A stretch of DNA of 64,000 bases, taken from NCBI GenBank assembly GCA_964466945.1, contig CAYXPA010000006.1, positions 189 through 64,188 of the forward strand. Reading direction: 5' to 3'. Within the stretch, counting starts at the first letter, position 1. Each line of letters opens with the position of its first letter. Below, one piece after another: positions 61,126 to 64,000 of this stretch. The notes below the pieces were generated by a model. That model was not told the DNA's origin, searched no databases, and saw only the letters and a program-made list of their open reading frames with translations. This stretch comes from an uncultured Verrucomicrobiota bacterium (GTDB lineage: Bacteria; Verrucomicrobiota; Verrucomicrobiia; Limisphaerales; J093). Position numbers and translations under genes: made by a program.

Positions 61126-61225
61126 CGGCGGGGAACCCCGGCGCCGGCCGGGCCGGCTCAGCGCCTGCCGCGAGGGTCCCGGCCGGTGAGGCCGCGGCGC
61201 GTCCGCGGGGGCCCGGAAACATTCC

Positions 61226-61254
61226 TTGACGGGGCGGAACGGCTTTTTTAGGCT
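61226..61254 (+). promoter_or_regulatory. candidate accBC promoter
   Basis: TTGACG-17 nt-TAGGCT. Pattern only. Confidence 0.3.
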
Positions 61255-61280
61255 GCAGGCGCATTTCGGATCACCAACGG

Positions 61281-61309
61281 AGCAGAGGCAACGTGTGCTT
61301 CTGCTTTTT
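61281..61309 (+). promoter_or_regulatory. terminator-like hairpin in the accB 5' leader (possible attenuator)
   Basis: 10-bp stem AGCAGAGGCA/TGCTTCTGCT (one G-U pair) with a 5-nt loop, followed by TTTTGCTT. It lies between the candidate promoter and the accB GTG at 61373. Confidence 0.4.
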
Positions 61310-61372
61310 GCTTAATGAGCGCCTTTGCGAAACGGACCGAGATAAATCCGACCAGCCACCCCGGAGGCGTCT

Positions 61373-61846
61373 GTGGACCTTAAAGACATCAAGGCCATCA
61401 TTGACCTGATGCGGAAGAACTCGATCTCCGAGTTCGAGCTCGAGAAGGAAGGGTTCAAAATCCGGCTCAAACGCGGTCCCAACGGCATCACCCCCCCTGC
61501 GGGCGAAGAGGGTGGGGCTTATGCGGCCGCGCCGATGCCCGCGCCCCCGATGTTTCAACCCGTGCCTGGCGTGGCCCCCGTGCCGCCGCCGGTGGTCGCG
61601 CCGCCGGAGGCCGAGATCAAGTCCCCGATGATCGGCACCTTTTACCGGGCACCCTCGCCGGACGCGGCACCGTACGTCGAGGTGGGCACGACGGTCGAGC
61701 CGGACACGGTGGTGTGCATCATCGAGGCGATGAAGGTCATGAACGAAATCAAGGCCGAAGCCCGCGGGGTGATCACCCAGGTGCTGGTGGAAAATGGCAA
61801 GCCGGTCGAGTTCGGGCAGCCCCTGTTCAAAATCCGTCCCGCCTGA
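61373..61846 (+). CDS. accB: acetyl-CoA carboxylase biotin carboxyl carrier protein
   Basis: EAMKVMNEI biotinyl-lysine motif. GTG start. Confidence 0.9.
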   Translation: MDLKDIKAIIDLMRKNSISEFELEKEGFKIRLKRGPNGITPPAGEEGGAYAAAPMPAPPMFQPVPGVAPVPPPVVAPPEAEIKSPMIGTFYRAPSPDAAPYVEVGTTVEPDTVVCIIEAMKVMNEIKAEARGVITQVLVENGKPVEFGQPLFKIRPA

Positions 61847-61895
61847 ATTTGCCCGCCCGGGATTGGCCCCGGCCTGACACGCCCGACCCGCCGAC

Positions 61896-63257
<1,362 letters not shown>

Positions 63258-63279
63258 CCGCGGCCGCCCCGGCGGCCCT

Positions 63280-64000
63280 TTACGCCCGCAGGCCGGCGGT
63301 GTCGAACTCGAGCCGGTGCCCGGCCTCGAGCAGTTCCTTCAGGGTCAATTCCCCGCTGCGGTACGCCGCTTCCCGGCCCAGCACGGCGGTGAGGTTGGAC
63401 CGCACCGACGGCGCCACGGTCGGGTTCTCGTACCGCCCCTCGGTGATGGCTCGGTGGAACTCGAGGATGTTGGCCACCGCGCCGTCGGTGTAGAGGTTAC
63501 CCACGGACCCGCCGGGAAACGGTTCGTTGCCGCGTATCCAGACCTGCCCGAAGTAATCGGCGTAGAAATAGCCCTCCGCGCCGTAGGCCCGGCAGGTGAT
63601 CTCGTCCCGCATCTCCGGGATGGTCTGGATGCAGGTCAACGACAGGGGCACGCCGTTGGCAAAATCGTAGGTCACGGCGAAATGGTCCCAGATGCTGCCC
63701 GGCGGACGCAGGCGTTGCCCGCCCAGGCCCAGCGCCCGCACCGGGTCGGCGTCAATCACCCAGGTCGCCATGTCCAGCGCGTGAATGGCCTGCTCGACGA
63801 TGAAGTCCCCGGACAGGGCCTTCACGTGGTACCAGCGCCGCAACTGCTCCTCGCGGCTGGCCGGGGGCAGGTCGCGCCCGCCGGCGGACCACGGGTAGTG
63901 CGCCTCCACCATTACCAGCTTGCCCAGGTCGCCCTGATGAATCCGCGCCAGGGCCTCGCGGAACAGCGGGTGGGCGCGGGTCTGGAAATCCACCAGGAAC
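63280..64000 (-). CDS. Gfo/Idh/MocA family oxidoreductase, C-terminal part (5' end beyond the window)
   Basis: The ORF stays open to the window edge, and the C-terminal dimerisation domain is typical of the family. Confidence 0.7.
   Translation of the reverse strand, partial: FLVDFQTRAHPLFREALARIHQGDLGKLVMVEAHYPWSAGGRDLPPASREEQLRRWYHVKALSGDFIVEQAIHALDMATWVIDADPVRALGLGGQRLRPPGSIWDHFAVTYDFANGVPLSLTCIQTIPEMRDEITCRAYGAEGYFYADYFGQVWIRGNEPFPGGSVGNLYTDGAVANILEFHRAITEGRYENPTVAPSVRSNLTAVLGREAAYRSGELTLKELLEAGHRLEFDTAGLRA

Overview
This is a visibly GC-rich bacterial chromosomal window; I did not compute the exact GC value. The gene content suggests a PVC/Verrucomicrobiota-like organism, with several twin-arginine-exported Gfo/Idh/MocA, AKR and DegT enzymes, Ala/Pro/Lys-rich protein tails and a 5TMR-LYT hybrid kinase. 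That assignment is inference only. The core of the window is an uninterrupted str/S10/spc/alpha ribosomal-protein supercluster (27098-45555, rpsL to rplQ), which includes secY, map, a strongly divergent infA-like gene, rpmJ and rpoA. Other housekeeping genes are rplM-rpsI, recA, secA, nrdR, aroQ-accB-accC, lpxD, panD, rmuC, tonB-exbB-exbD, ugd, rlmI, tRNA-Pro(CGG) and tRNA-Leu(UAA). The most unusual signal is non-coding. A family of mosaic palindromic repeats occupies four intergenic loci (474-960, 15461-15904, 25735-26830, 48474-48870). It is built from a 133-bp REPIN-like unit with GTAGCGCAG termini, CCGGYAT heptamer microsatellites, a polypyrimidine module and several long GC hairpins. One locus carries a tandem duplication of about 0.5 kb directly upstream of rpsL. 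Secondary leads are: a co-directional hap / S2P-CBS / MerR-like / CbpA / rhomboid gene string; a translationally coupled DHS-like plus PfkB-kinase pair; a Tat-signal DegT aminotransferase; low-complexity extensions on many ribosomal proteins; and a terminator-like hairpin in the accB leader. I saw no CRISPR array, transposase, integrase or recognisable defence system. Many long ORFs in the six-frame track are antisense or out-of-frame artefacts of the high GC content.
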